IMG/VR virus record: IMGVR_UViG_3300025887_000011
Coordinates: 27,808-91,807 of that record
Source of the DNA: a virus
Direction: 5' to 3' (one strand)
DNA: 64,000 bases
A program made the translations under genes and the position numbers. Of the stretch, positions 8,677 to 18,527 are shown piece after piece; positions within the stretch are counted from its first letter, which is position 1, and each line of letters starts with the position of its first letter. The notes under the pieces were generated by a model. It saw only the letters and a program-made list of their open reading frames with translations. It was not told where the DNA came from and did no database searches.

Positions 8677-10191
8677 TTACAGTTGGTCAAAATCTGGTAG
8701 TTCGCCTGGCTCTGACCCATCGATATCAGCGCCGCCATTAACGGATCTAACTATATCCCTAAGATCACCACGTTCTGAAATATTAAAATTAGCGAAGTTT
8801 AAGTTTATAAAGTTTTTCCTTAAGGAATCTCCAACTTGAATAGGCTCTAAAGCTCCAGCTATGTCCTTGCCCAAGTGTCTCGATTTAATTCCAACAAGCT
8901 TGTGAGTTCCAAAATGAGAACCCTCTATCTCAATTTCATCAGCTGTTTTACTACGAAGTATAAACATGTGAGAGCAAAACTGAATGATTCTGTCAGAAAG
9001 GGATACAGTACTTTCATCATCCACTACATTCTGAGCATTCCTGTTGTTTGTAATACCCAGCCTATTGGATTGAACAGAAGTTATCATAGGAATGATGGGT
9101 TCTCCTTCATGAAGGATTTCTTTTTGCACACACTTTTTGAATTTATCCACCATCTCTCCAACGATCTGCCACTCGTTTTTGTTTGCCGATGATTCACTAG
9201 TAGTCTTGATGTAGTCAAAAGAAAATATCATCTTATTACCTCTTCCCACTTTTGAGAAGTAAAAACGCTTTAATGTATTAACCATTGAATCTACATCTAA
9301 GCCTCCTACGTTATAGTAATAAAATTTAAGATTTTTAACCTTTGGCCAAACACTTCTTACTTTTGCTACCACCTCTTCTCCAGCTTGCCTCCACTTACCA
9401 CTTTCCAATAAATGCATAGGAACGCCAGATAAAGAAGCGCACTGACGCATTATTAACTCTTCTTTGCTCATCTCTCCATTATCAAAATGAAGCACTGGAA
9501 CATCATACTTTAAACTTACTTTGGTAGCATAATCCATGCAGAACTGAGTTTTTCCAACCCCAGATCTAGCGACAATAACAGTAATATTTCCTGGCCTTAA
9601 AAGAGATCCATAAATTTTATTTACTGTTGGGTGCGGACCCATCATTCCAAATTCGACAACGGGATTATTGCCCCGCTCTTCAACAAGATCCTCCATCTCA
9701 TCATAAATATTTTCTGGGAGATTATCTCCAGCCTCGTAAAGATTTATTTTAGAATTATAAACATGATCTGCTTTTTCAACAATCTCATTATAAGGTATCT
9801 CTGGAGACATCTTCTTCATCTCCATTGCAACCTCTTGAGCCGCTTTATATATACCTCTTCTTACTGATGTTTTTTTAAGTTCTTTAGCTGTTTTTAAAAC
9901 GTTTCCTTCAGGCACTCTCCTTAAGGCTAAAGATTTAATATAATCAGACGGATTAAGATTATCTTCAAAAGACAAACCTATACTAGATATCCTGCCAGCC
10001 ACGATTATCTCATCGACCTGATCACCAGACTGATGAGCCTGTTTGATGACAGTAAAGATGGTCTTGTGAAGATTAGATTCCTCTGAATAAAAATCACTGC
10101 TATCAATAAAATCAGATATGTCTGAGAAAGAGTCTGAATCTTTGATTAAGCCAGCCAAAAGCTGCTTCTCTAGTTCTAAATTATAAATCAC
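8677..10191 (-). CDS. dnaB: Replicative DnaB-family helicase (GTG start)
   Basis: ELEKQLLAGL N-terminus, Walker A ARSGVGKT, GEMS, FDYIK, QSNR, K.R finger. Confidence 0.93.
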   Translation of the reverse strand: MIYNLELEKQLLAGLIKDSDSFSDISDFIDSSDFYSEESNLHKTIFTVIKQAHQSGDQVDEIIVAGRISSIGLSFEDNLNPSDYIKSLALRRVPEGNVLKTAKELKKTSVRRGIYKAAQEVAMEMKKMSPEIPYNEIVEKADHVYNSKINLYEAGDNLPENIYDEMEDLVEERGNNPVVEFGMMGPHPTVNKIYGSLLRPGNITVIVARSGVGKTQFCMDYATKVSLKYDVPVLHFDNGEMSKEELIMRQCASLSGVPMHLLESGKWRQAGEEVVAKVRSVWPKVKNLKFYYYNVGGLDVDSMVNTLKRFYFSKVGRGNKMIFSFDYIKTTSESSANKNEWQIVGEMVDKFKKCVQKEILHEGEPIIPMITSVQSNRLGITNNRNAQNVVDDESTVSLSDRIIQFCSHMFILRSKTADEIEIEGSHFGTHKLVGIKSRHLGKDIAGALEPIQVGDSLRKNFINLNFANFNISERGDLRDIVRSVNGGADIDGSEPGELPDFDQL

Positions 10192-10436
10192 TAATTGTTA
10201 TTGTTGATGGTTTCTATTGAAGAAGACATGTCAGAAAGAAAATTTTCTAAAGCTTTTCTTAATCCTAGCTCTATAATAGTTGAATCGTGCCTTGAATATA
10301 TTGTAGGGCTTCCATTTTCAGTACACAAAGCCAATATCATACCTTTGTTTTTATCTGCCCCGCCGCTAAACTCATAAATTTTATCTATAAAATTTTCTGG
10401 TATGGAGAATTCTATTTCTTCTGTTTCTTTGCTCAT
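10191..10436 (-). CDS. Hypothetical protein
   Basis: 81-aa ORF with overlapping start/stop on both sides. Confidence 0.75.
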   Translation of the reverse strand: MSKETEEIEFSIPENFIDKIYEFSGGADKNKGMILALCTENGSPTIYSRHDSTIIELGLRKALENFLSDMSSSIETINNNN

Positions 10437-10840
10437 AAATTAATATCCTGGTCTTTGAAAAGTGATGCGTTTATTTCGTCCGTAGTATAAACTTCTAGAA
10501 GCTTTATATCATTAATCTCGCAAAAGTCAAACTTCTTTTGATCCCTTTTTAGTTGATCTAAATATTTAAGCCTGTTTTTGTGAAAGTGTTTAACATACCT
10601 AATATGTTGATCACCTTGGACTTCAACTGCGATGCCTTTATTGGCGTTGTAAAAATCTAAGGATAGTCTTGTTCCGACTATTCTGAATTCTTCAAAAACT
10701 ACATCATGCTTCCAGTAAGGCTTTAAAAAATCTTTAACTTTATTTTGGAACTTGCTTCTGCTAAGTGCATTCCAATCAATTAGGTATTTTTTTGCTCCTT
10801 TTAAATTTCTTGGTTTTCCATATGGATCCAAGAATTTCAT
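10433..10840 (-). CDS. Vsr/DUF559-like PD-(D/E)XK endonuclease
   Basis: LDFY....IAVEVQGDQH ... D..K..FC....I.L. Confidence 0.75.
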   Translation of the reverse strand: MKFLDPYGKPRNLKGAKKYLIDWNALSRSKFQNKVKDFLKPYWKHDVVFEEFRIVGTRLSLDFYNANKGIAVEVQGDQHIRYVKHFHKNRLKYLDQLKRDQKKFDFCEINDIKLLEVYTTDEINASLFKDQDINL

Positions 10841-11964
10841 GTCAGTTCTGCTATCGCATTTTTAAAATATTTAATCAAGAAGTCAGAAAGTTTGTCGTCG
10901 TCTTCAATCAATTTAAACAGGTTGTTCTCTCCTTGTATTTTTTCTGGAAACTCAAGTTCGTTTTCAATGAGCAGTTCTTTAAAGTCTTCTGTAGCGGATA
11001 TCCAAGCTCCCCCTTTTTTAAGGAACTCCCAAGCATACATCAAATCAATAATCTCTTTTTCAATCCATATAGAGTTTCCTCCTTTACGGCCATACCTCAA
11101 GGGGTAGGTTATTCTAGAGTTTGTTTTTTCGTTGGGTGACTTTTTAACTGTGACAACAGCAAAGTGGCCAATAATTGGATTTTTTTTCATGTCCATTTTT
11201 TTAATAGAAGAGTTTTGAAGTATAACATCCTTATTAAATCTTGGTTCAAATTCGATAATCCAATTAGCAAAGTGAAGTAGTGCGTTGCCTCCTGTAGCGC
11301 TGGTTTGTCTAATGGGGGCCTTTGTATAAGGATCTAATTTGATATCTGCTCTGACTTGAGAAATAAATATTGCCATGTGACCTCGCTTCGCCAAAGCAAT
11401 AGACATTTTCTTCATAAAAGTACCTGCAATTACGGCCCCACCAGCAATCTTAGAAGAGTCCTCAAACCCCTTATCCATATCATTCTTCGGTATCAGTCCA
11501 TCTACAGAGTCAAGAACAAAACAATACTTTGTGTCGTTTTCATTGTCCGCAACAAGTTGCCTCATTAAATCTACAGCTGTTTCATAAATATTAGATTCAA
11601 ATACAAAACAAGTTCCATCCACCCAGTCTTTTGCGCTGAAAACAAATTCAAGACCAGATCTTTCTCTCATCTCTTTAGACAGTCTTCCTTCTGCTTTTAT
11701 GTAAACACCTTTCGATCTAGGTATTGTAGATAGAAAGTTTTTTATAACCTCTAAAGCCTCTGATGTCTTGCCTCCTTCATTCATACCACAAAATCTATGG
11801 AGTCCAGGCCCAAAGCCGCCTCCAAGCTGAAGGTCGAATTGTAGAGATCCGCTAGATACTTTATAATCTATCTCTTCTTCGAAGTTATAGTGATCATCCT
11901 TGTTTGCCTTAAGGAATCTGTCTAATAAATTGATTGAGTCTTGTTGTTGTTCTTCTTTATTCAT
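10837..11964 (-). CDS. recA: RecA/UvsX-like recombinase
   Basis: SSGSLQFDLQLGGG, GMNEGGKT, VLDSVDGL, ISQVR, TGGNALLHFA. Confidence 0.9.
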   Translation of the reverse strand: MNKEEQQQDSINLLDRFLKANKDDHYNFEEEIDYKVSSGSLQFDLQLGGGFGPGLHRFCGMNEGGKTSEALEVIKNFLSTIPRSKGVYIKAEGRLSKEMRERSGLEFVFSAKDWVDGTCFVFESNIYETAVDLMRQLVADNENDTKYCFVLDSVDGLIPKNDMDKGFEDSSKIAGGAVIAGTFMKKMSIALAKRGHMAIFISQVRADIKLDPYTKAPIRQTSATGGNALLHFANWIIEFEPRFNKDVILQNSSIKKMDMKKNPIIGHFAVVTVKKSPNEKTNSRITYPLRYGRKGGNSIWIEKEIIDLMYAWEFLKKGGAWISATEDFKELLIENELEFPEKIQGENNLFKLIEDDDKLSDFLIKYFKNAIAELT

Positions 11965-12409
11965 CTAAAAATTTCTTTGTTGTTTTTTTTGTTCTCGTTA
12001 TTATTTGATCTTCTCCGACCTTTTCTCCAATATTATACTCTGGATATTTATTGTTGTCAAACTTATAATTAAATGCTCTGAATTTCTCATCTAGTTTACC
12101 CCTAAGCTTAGGGCTTGTCAAGTAAGCTAAGGAATCAAATTTCTTACCGAAATTAACTATATTCATAAACTCAAGAGAATACCTTTCGCACAAAGAATTT
12201 AACATCTTCATTTCCCTTGCGAAGAAAAATCTTTTTTGTTTTTCTGGCACTTCTACTAAACGATAAAGAACGGATCTTTTGTTTATGTTTTTTTCTTTGC
12301 TTTCAATTTTAACCTTATCTTTAGCAAATAAATGCCCACACAAACAAGATACAGACCTTACGCCTGTAAACTCCTTGCATGAAGGGCATTGCTTTTTACC
12401 TCTTGGCAT
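11957..12409 (-). CDS. Hypothetical protein with N-terminal zinc ribbon
   Basis: CPSC-x10-CLCGH. Confidence 0.7.
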   Translation of the reverse strand: MPRGKKQCPSCKEFTGVRSVSCLCGHLFAKDKVKIESKEKNINKRSVLYRLVEVPEKQKRFFFAREMKMLNSLCERYSLEFMNIVNFGKKFDSLAYLTSPKLRGKLDEKFRAFNYKFDNNKYPEYNIGEKVGEDQIITRTKKTTKKFLDE

Positions 12410-12418
12410 AGGTTGACC

Positions 12419-13450
12419 TTATCCGATATTTATATCGGTGTCAACCATCTTTTTAACAAGCCCTTGGAAATTTGTTTTTCTGATCCAGCCAAGCTCTTTT
12501 TCTGCTCTGGAAGGGTCCCCTAATAAAAGCTCTACTTCGGCAGGTCTGTAATATCTAGGATTAATCTCAACAAGTAATTTATCACCGTGGATATATTTCT
12601 CGTCTAGACCTTCACCGACCCATTTGCATTTTTCAGCACCGTAACCAGCATAAGAAAAAGCAGTTTCCACAAAATCTCTGATTGTATGGGTCTCCCCAGA
12701 AGCTAGAACATATTCCTTTGGCTCTTTTTGATTAAGCATCTTCCAAATACCATCTACAAAATCCTCCGCATCAGACCAGTCTCTTTTTGCTTCAAGGTTT
12801 CCAAGCTCAATAGGTTTGAAACTATCTCCGATGCTGTTTTTCAAAAATATCTCAGCCACACCTTTAGTGACTTTTCGGGTAAGAAACTCTTCACCTCTCC
12901 TTGTTCCTTCGTGATTAAATAACCAACCTTGTATTGCATAAAGATTGTAAGAGTCCCTCCAAACTTTAACCAAGTGTCTTGCGGAGGCTTTGGATGCTCC
13001 ATACGGGCTTCTGGGGCGCAATGGATGCGTCTCGTCCTGAGGAGCGGTAACTACGTCGCCGAATTCTTCAGACGAGCCAGCATTGTAGTATCGGCAATCT
13101 GGGCAGTATTTGCGGATAGCCTCAAGCTGGTACAATACAGACATGCAATTTGTATTCATGTGGTTCTCTGGCATATCCCAACTAACACCAACAAATGAAT
13201 TTGCTGCAAAATTAATAAAGTAGTCTGGCTTCTCTTCTTCGATAACACGATTGACATTTGATTGGTCAGTTATGTCAAGGTCGATGAGTCTAAATCTTGG
13301 GTTGTCAGACAAGTGTTTTATGTTTTCGTGATTTTTAACACTAAGTCGGCGCACTCCTGCGATGATATCGATGTCTGTATTCTCCAACAAGTAGTCAGCC
13401 ATAAAGCTTCCGTCTTGTCCTGTTACACCTGTGATAATTACTTTTTTCAT
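12419..13450 (-). CDS. gmd: GDP-mannose 4,6-dehydratase
   Basis: ITGVTGQDGS, AGSSEEFG, SPYGASK, LFNHE..RGEEF.TRK, RDW, RPAEV. Confidence 0.96.
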   Translation of the reverse strand: MKKVIITGVTGQDGSFMADYLLENTDIDIIAGVRRLSVKNHENIKHLSDNPRFRLIDLDITDQSNVNRVIEEEKPDYFINFAANSFVGVSWDMPENHMNTNCMSVLYQLEAIRKYCPDCRYYNAGSSEEFGDVVTAPQDETHPLRPRSPYGASKASARHLVKVWRDSYNLYAIQGWLFNHEGTRRGEEFLTRKVTKGVAEIFLKNSIGDSFKPIELGNLEAKRDWSDAEDFVDGIWKMLNQKEPKEYVLASGETHTIRDFVETAFSYAGYGAEKCKWVGEGLDEKYIHGDKLLVEINPRYYRPAEVELLLGDPSRAEKELGWIRKTNFQGLVKKMVDTDINIG

Positions 13451-13864
13451 TTAAACGTAGTCTGTGCAAACGCCAAAGCATTTGTATTTTTTTTCCTTCC
13501 AGTTAACATCATTATCTACAATAACACATCTTTTTTCAACTCTTTTACCAGGAAAAGTCCAAATAATTTTTTTTGATGTTAGTGTATAGTCGTCGTTTTC
13601 GTGCCAAAAGTAATTACAGCTTGGAGGACAGTTAACCAAAGCCTCTAAATTCTTGCAATGAATCCATAGACCTTTATTGTATAAAAAAGAAAAATCTATC
13701 TTGTATTGAGGGTAATCATGCCCAAGAAAAAAACAGGAATCTTTTTGCCATAAATCTATCTCGCAATCAAAACCAAGCTGTAAACATTTTAAGATTTGAT
13801 CTGGATTGTTCTCTGTATCTTTGTTTACTCCTTTAAGGTTCCCTCTGTGCGATATTATCTTCAT
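13451..13864 (-). CDS. Small glycerophosphodiester phosphodiesterase-like protein
   Basis: ISHRG..EN, CEIDLW, LGHD, WIHCKN, GVCTDY. Confidence 0.75.
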   Translation of the reverse strand: MKIISHRGNLKGVNKDTENNPDQILKCLQLGFDCEIDLWQKDSCFFLGHDYPQYKIDFSFLYNKGLWIHCKNLEALVNCPPSCNYFWHENDDYTLTSKKIIWTFPGKRVEKRCVIVDNDVNWKEKKYKCFGVCTDYV

Positions 13865-13891
13865 GATTTGATATTACGTAGAATAGGCATT

Positions 13892-15256
13892 CTAAATTTT
13901 ATTTTTTAAAAACAAATCGAGATCTTCTGGAGTTCCTAAACCCCACATTTTTTCTATATTAAATGTTTTTATTTTTTTGCCGTCAGCTATAGCTTCATTA
14001 AAAACTGGACAAACATAAAACTCATTATTAAATCTTTTGTTTTCACTAATCATTTGTTCTGCATATTTAACATAATCAGAACCCTTCTTCCAATAATAAA
14101 TCCCAACTGTGGCAATATCTGATATCGGGTTTTTTTCTGCAACCTCTGTAACGAAACCGTTTTCATCAATTTTAGCAAAAGACCACTTAGGATGCGTCGA
14201 CCTAAAGGTCAGTATCCCAGCATCAAGATCTTGTTCTTGCATTTTATACATAAACTCACTTGTGTCCCACTCAGCAAATTGGTCGGAGTTCGCTATGATT
14301 AAAGGGTTGTCATTATTTATAATATCTTTAGCCAACAGCGTAGTACAAGCGGCACCTTCTGTGATTCCTTCGACTTCTACTATGTTCGGTTTTTCTGCAA
14401 TCATGCCAAGCATTGAATCAAGGTTATATTTTTCTCTATGACTTTTTTGAACTATAAAAGAATGCTTGCTTTCAAAGTTTAAGTTGTCCACGACAACTTG
14501 TATCATTGCTTTGCCATCTACCTCAATCAAAGGTTTTGGAAATGTATAGCCAGCTTTTTCAAAACGACTACCTGCACCAGCCATGGGAATAAGAACATTT
14601 AGCTTCCTATCTTGCCACTTTGTATTTGTATTTGTGTTTTTCGTTTCCAAAAGGTTTCTTTCTATTTTTTCTAAAGTCAAGTCTTTCGCATTTTTAACCC
14701 TAACCACTTTAGCTCCAGATCTTTGAGCCGCTAGTAGTCCGTGTGGAGAATCTTCCACTATCAATGTTTCTTCTGGGTTTTTTTCAAGTATTGACATAGC
14801 ATCCCAATACATTTGAGGATGAGGTTTTGAATTTTTTACATCTTCGTTGGAGATTATAAGATCGAAGTACTCTATTACGCCTACTTTAGAAAGCATTAGT
14901 ATAACAGACCTTCTTATAGAGTTGGAGCAACAAGCAATCTTAAAACCTTTAGCTCTTAAACCCTTAAACATTGAGATTAAATTTTGATTAAATTCTAATT
15001 CTTGTATCTTTTTAGATGTTATTCTTTGTTTCCCTTGCCAAATTTGTTTGTGCAGTTTTTCTGGCAATCCTTTTTTCTCTGATAGAATATTTAACTTAGA
15101 TGTTGTTTTGAGACCATCATAAATACTCAAATGTTCTTGTTCAGATATTACAAATTCTGATCCGACTTCAGCCAAAGCCTCGTTCAAGGCATCGTAATGA
15201 ATTTCTTTAGCGTCAACTAAAACACCGTCTAAATCAAATATTATTAATTTTATCAT
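13892..15256 (-). CDS. HAD phosphatase fused to sugar-phosphate nucleotidyltransferase
   Basis: N-half FDLDGVL, SNS, KPHP, VEDS..G; C-half PMAGAGSRF..PKPLI, GAA.T, ANSDQ, EK.PIS, GTPEDL. Confidence 0.9.
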   Translation of the reverse strand: MIKLIIFDLDGVLVDAKEIHYDALNEALAEVGSEFVISEQEHLSIYDGLKTTSKLNILSEKKGLPEKLHKQIWQGKQRITSKKIQELEFNQNLISMFKGLRAKGFKIACCSNSIRRSVILMLSKVGVIEYFDLIISNEDVKNSKPHPQMYWDAMSILEKNPEETLIVEDSPHGLLAAQRSGAKVVRVKNAKDLTLEKIERNLLETKNTNTNTKWQDRKLNVLIPMAGAGSRFEKAGYTFPKPLIEVDGKAMIQVVVDNLNFESKHSFIVQKSHREKYNLDSMLGMIAEKPNIVEVEGITEGAACTTLLAKDIINNDNPLIIANSDQFAEWDTSEFMYKMQEQDLDAGILTFRSTHPKWSFAKIDENGFVTEVAEKNPISDIATVGIYYWKKGSDYVKYAEQMISENKRFNNEFYVCPVFNEAIADGKKIKTFNIEKMWGLGTPEDLDLFLKNKI

Positions 15257-15954
15257 AAGTCTCTAAAAAGTTTGTAGTAGTGGTTTTGTAGAGGCGTTTT
15301 TTTAATATTAAACAAATCAGAACAATGTAAATTAAAACCAAGGAAACATTCTGGATTAACAGCACAACCATTTTCTACCATAGATTCTATACGGACAAAC
15401 GTTTGACTATAAACATCCATATCTTTACTGTTTGAAAAACTAAAAAGATCGTTTACTGCGTATTCAGTATGAACAAATTGATCATTAATATACATGTTCT
15501 CTTGGTTGTAATCATCAATTTTAAAATCTTTTGTGAAAAACAAGTCGGTTCTTAACCTTACGGACCAATCAAAATCAACATTTCTTGCTTGAGAAAATAA
15601 AATCTTCAAGTTATTAGCCATCATAATTGAATAAAACATAGAAAATGTGTTTTCAATAGGATGCGGGAACCTTGGATCTGGGATTAAATCGCTTTTAAAA
15701 GATATAGGCTTCTCCAAAAGAAAAGAATCTGGATTAACATCTAAAATGTCAGAAACGTTTTTAGATTTATAAAAACCCCTGTCTGTTCTTTCTCCAAAAT
15801 GACTTTTACCTTCTAAAGATTTATCAGACCAAGAGTGAAAAAATATATAAAAATTATATTCTGGGTTTGCCTCTACAATATGTCTTACATGTGATTCAAA
15901 GCATTTTTTAAAGTCTCTAATTTGACCAGAATAACAAAGTGCTACGTTTTTCAT
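15253..15954 (-). CDS. Putative glycosyltransferase
   Basis: VALCYSGQIR, HSW, SMFYS, RLRTD, NDLF, NPE pattern typical of glycan-locus proteins. Confidence 0.6.
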   Translation of the reverse strand: MKNVALCYSGQIRDFKKCFESHVRHIVEANPEYNFYIFFHSWSDKSLEGKSHFGERTDRGFYKSKNVSDILDVNPDSFLLEKPISFKSDLIPDPRFPHPIENTFSMFYSIMMANNLKILFSQARNVDFDWSVRLRTDLFFTKDFKIDDYNQENMYINDQFVHTEYAVNDLFSFSNSKDMDVYSQTFVRIESMVENGCAVNPECFLGFNLHCSDLFNIKKTPLQNHYYKLFRDL

Positions 15955-16895
15955 TTTATTTTTTCAATTAAGTTTTCAAATTTTCTTGCTATGTTCATCC
16001 AATCAAAAGACTCTGCATAGGAAACTATACTATCTCTTTGGTTTAAAGAAATATGTTTGTTTGTTTCTATTTTATCATTAATATAAATTATGTCATTTAT
16101 CCTATCATCGGGAATAACAGTTATAAAATCCTTTGATGTATCTAGATTTTGAACACAAGCTTCTGTAACTACAAGCCCAAGACCAGCAGACATAGCCTCT
16201 AAACATACTAATGGCTGAAGTTCAGAAGACGAAAGAAGTATCAAGTTAGCATAATGAGTCAAATCTTCTTTAACTTTTTTAGATTCCCATGCACCTAAGT
16301 AATTAGGGTCATCTTTATTGAAATCACTATCAAAACAAGATCCTACATACTTAACCATCGATGTTTGGCTTTGCAGTTGAGCTTGCCTTTTTCTTGAATC
16401 TATCTTACCTAAGCATATACTATACTCTGAGTTCTCTACGTATTGTTTTTTAACCCTGTTAAATTTAGAAAAACAAACTCCGTTTGGCAATATGTTTATT
16501 TTACTAGGAGATATTCCAACTTTTAAAAGTAGGTTTTCTTCGAAGGTTGTTAGGCAAAAAAAGTTACAGTCATAAAAAAACTCCCTTATCAACTTTTCGT
16601 GAAAAGGCAAGCTGTTTATAAAACTACCGTCATGAGTTGTAATAATTTTTTTACACTTGAGGTGAGGCATCATTTCCCAATGCTTACCGTAGTGCAGGTG
16701 AACTATATCTGGATTTATTTCAAGAACTTTTTGATGAGTAAGGTTAGTCGATTTTTCATTTATAAAATAAACATCATGACCAAGCTTTCTTAATGATTCA
16801 TACTGGTTCCAAAGCACAGTCTCTAAAGCGCCCCAACCATCTGGAGGTATTTCTATTTCACCTGGAGCTATAAAACATATTTTCATTTTGAACAC
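15951..16895 (-). CDS. GT-B (GT4-like) glycosyltransferase
   Basis: PP.GWGALE, PDIVHLH, LPNGV, GKIDSRK, ELQPLVCLEA (E-x7-E). Confidence 0.88.
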   Translation of the reverse strand: MFKMKICFIAPGEIEIPPDGWGALETVLWNQYESLRKLGHDVYFINEKSTNLTHQKVLEINPDIVHLHYGKHWEMMPHLKCKKIITTHDGSFINSLPFHEKLIREFFYDCNFFCLTTFEENLLLKVGISPSKINILPNGVCFSKFNRVKKQYVENSEYSICLGKIDSRKRQAQLQSQTSMVKYVGSCFDSDFNKDDPNYLGAWESKKVKEDLTHYANLILLSSSELQPLVCLEAMSAGLGLVVTEACVQNLDTSKDFITVIPDDRINDIIYINDKIETNKHISLNQRDSIVSYAESFDWMNIARKFENLIEKIK

Positions 16896-17479
16896 AGTTT
16901 ATTGTAAATTTCTATATCTTTTTCGTAAAGAAACTTATAATCTTCGAATTTAACTTCTGAGATTTTATTGCCAACAGATTCGTTTTGATGATAAGCTTCA
17001 ACCTTTACGTCTAAGTATTCAGATAAGTTATCAAAAAGTTGATCGTCACACAAGAAGTCTTTATCGGTTATTTTTTTTTCTCCATCAAAAATAAATTCGT
17101 TTTGAGGACATCCATGTATAAAGTTACAACTTTGAATGTAATACTTGTTTCTTATTGAATTAAGGTAAGAATAATAAAAAAACAAATGTTCTGGGTTTCC
17201 TAAGTGCTTGGTAGCATAGGAAAGAGAAGAATAAAACCTTTCTTCTGGGTTTCTAATCGTAGAAAAAACTTTATAACCGTTATCTATAGCTGACTGTATA
17301 ACATGAAATTTAGAGTAGTGCATTGGCAGCATATGAGTTTTATCTATAGTCCCATCTTCGGTTGCCATATGAGTATCTATAAGATCTGGATCTATCTTCT
17401 TAAAAGATTTGTATATAGAAGAACCCCAATTCTTAGGGATATGTATATATAGGAATTTTAACTTGTGACTAACCAGCAT
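16883..17479 (-). CDS. Sulfotransferase (Sulfotransfer_2-like)
   Basis: 5'-PAPS motif YIHIPKNWGSS, 3'-PAPS motif IRNPEERFYS, C-terminal YEKD. Confidence 0.82.
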   Translation of the reverse strand: MLVSHKLKFLYIHIPKNWGSSIYKSFKKIDPDLIDTHMATEDGTIDKTHMLPMHYSKFHVIQSAIDNGYKVFSTIRNPEERFYSSLSYATKHLGNPEHLFFYYSYLNSIRNKYYIQSCNFIHGCPQNEFIFDGEKKITDKDFLCDDQLFDNLSEYLDVKVEAYHQNESVGNKISEVKFEDYKFLYEKDIEIYNKLCSK

Positions 17480-18527
17480 TGTATATTTCGTTGTATTTTA
17501 GTAAAGCTTCTTTAGTGTAACTCATTTGGAAACCTCTGTCAAGTATAATAGATGCAAAATATTGTTGTTTTTTTATTAATGCTTCTACGTCTTCTTTTTT
17601 CTTAAACGCCTTAAAATCTTCAAGAAAGGATTCTTCTTCGAATGTAGGAAGAATTCCAAGATTGTTTAAAAAAGAATGATACCAAATATAATCGTCTTCA
17701 TTCTCTTTTGGTTTCACCTGTATCAATAAAGAATTAGAAGCGAGTTGCCACATCATCCTATCTCCAGAAACTGTGTTTCCGTTTATATAGGCTATGTATT
17801 TATATTTTAATTGATCTTCTGAAGAAGTATGCTCTGAATATATTTCACTTTTATTTATATTGTGGCTTTTTAACATATCATCAGAGTAATGAGCAAAAAA
17901 GGTTATTTTAGAATCTATATATTCAGAGTCTTTATTGTTAATGCAGAACGTTAATCTTTGATTTAAAAGATCTTCTCTTTGTTTGCTTGTGTCTGAACCT
18001 CTAAATATTATGCCATCTTTTTTTTCTGAAAAAGGAATGTCATCATTTAGGTAAGTTCTTATTTTGTAACCAAAGGTCAAGACCCCGCATACTAATGGGT
18101 CTGGCATTCCAATATGATTACTTGACTTATGCCTACCGAATGTAGAGAACTTTGTATATTTATCTGTGATTGGTAGGCCGTCATTTAAACAAGCTACAAA
18201 CCTGCAATTTAATTTAATTTTATAAGTGTCTATGACTGATTTAATCAAGCCGTAAAAACTTTGAAGTTTCCATTCGTTATTTTTATCTGCAATAGCATCT
18301 ATAACTTTAATAGGTGACAATTCTCCATTTTGATCTGTATCTGGATCTTCAGTATTAATTTCAAAAACGAATTCAAGAAGGCTTGCTCTTTCATGTTTTT
18401 CTAGAAAACTTTTGTTAAATTTTATGGTATTATTTTTAAATTCGCTTTCTATGCAGTAATCAACTACATCTTCACTTGTGTATAAAGTAGACATCTTTTC
18501 TATTATTTTGGTATTTTTTAAATTCAC
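17469..18527 (-). CDS. GT90/CAP10-like glycosyltransferase
   Basis: IPFSEKK..IIFRGS, R, QLKYKYIAYING, QLASNSL, WY. Confidence 0.75.
   Translation of the reverse strand: MNLKNTKIIEKMSTLYTSEDVVDYCIESEFKNNTIKFNKSFLEKHERASLLEFVFEINTEDPDTDQNGELSPIKVIDAIADKNNEWKLQSFYGLIKSVIDTYKIKLNCRFVACLNDGLPITDKYTKFSTFGRHKSSNHIGMPDPLVCGVLTFGYKIRTYLNDDIPFSEKKDGIIFRGSDTSKQREDLLNQRLTFCINNKDSEYIDSKITFFAHYSDDMLKSHNINKSEIYSEHTSSEDQLKYKYIAYINGNTVSGDRMMWQLASNSLLIQVKPKENEDDYIWYHSFLNNLGILPTFEEESFLEDFKAFKKKEDVEALIKKQQYFASIILDRGFQMSYTKEALLKYNEIYNAG

Noticed and set aside
5853-8738. ORF-track starts at 5885 and 8738
   Set aside because: They overlap upstream genes; ATGs at 5852 and 8672 follow the upstream stops directly and fit the domain boundaries
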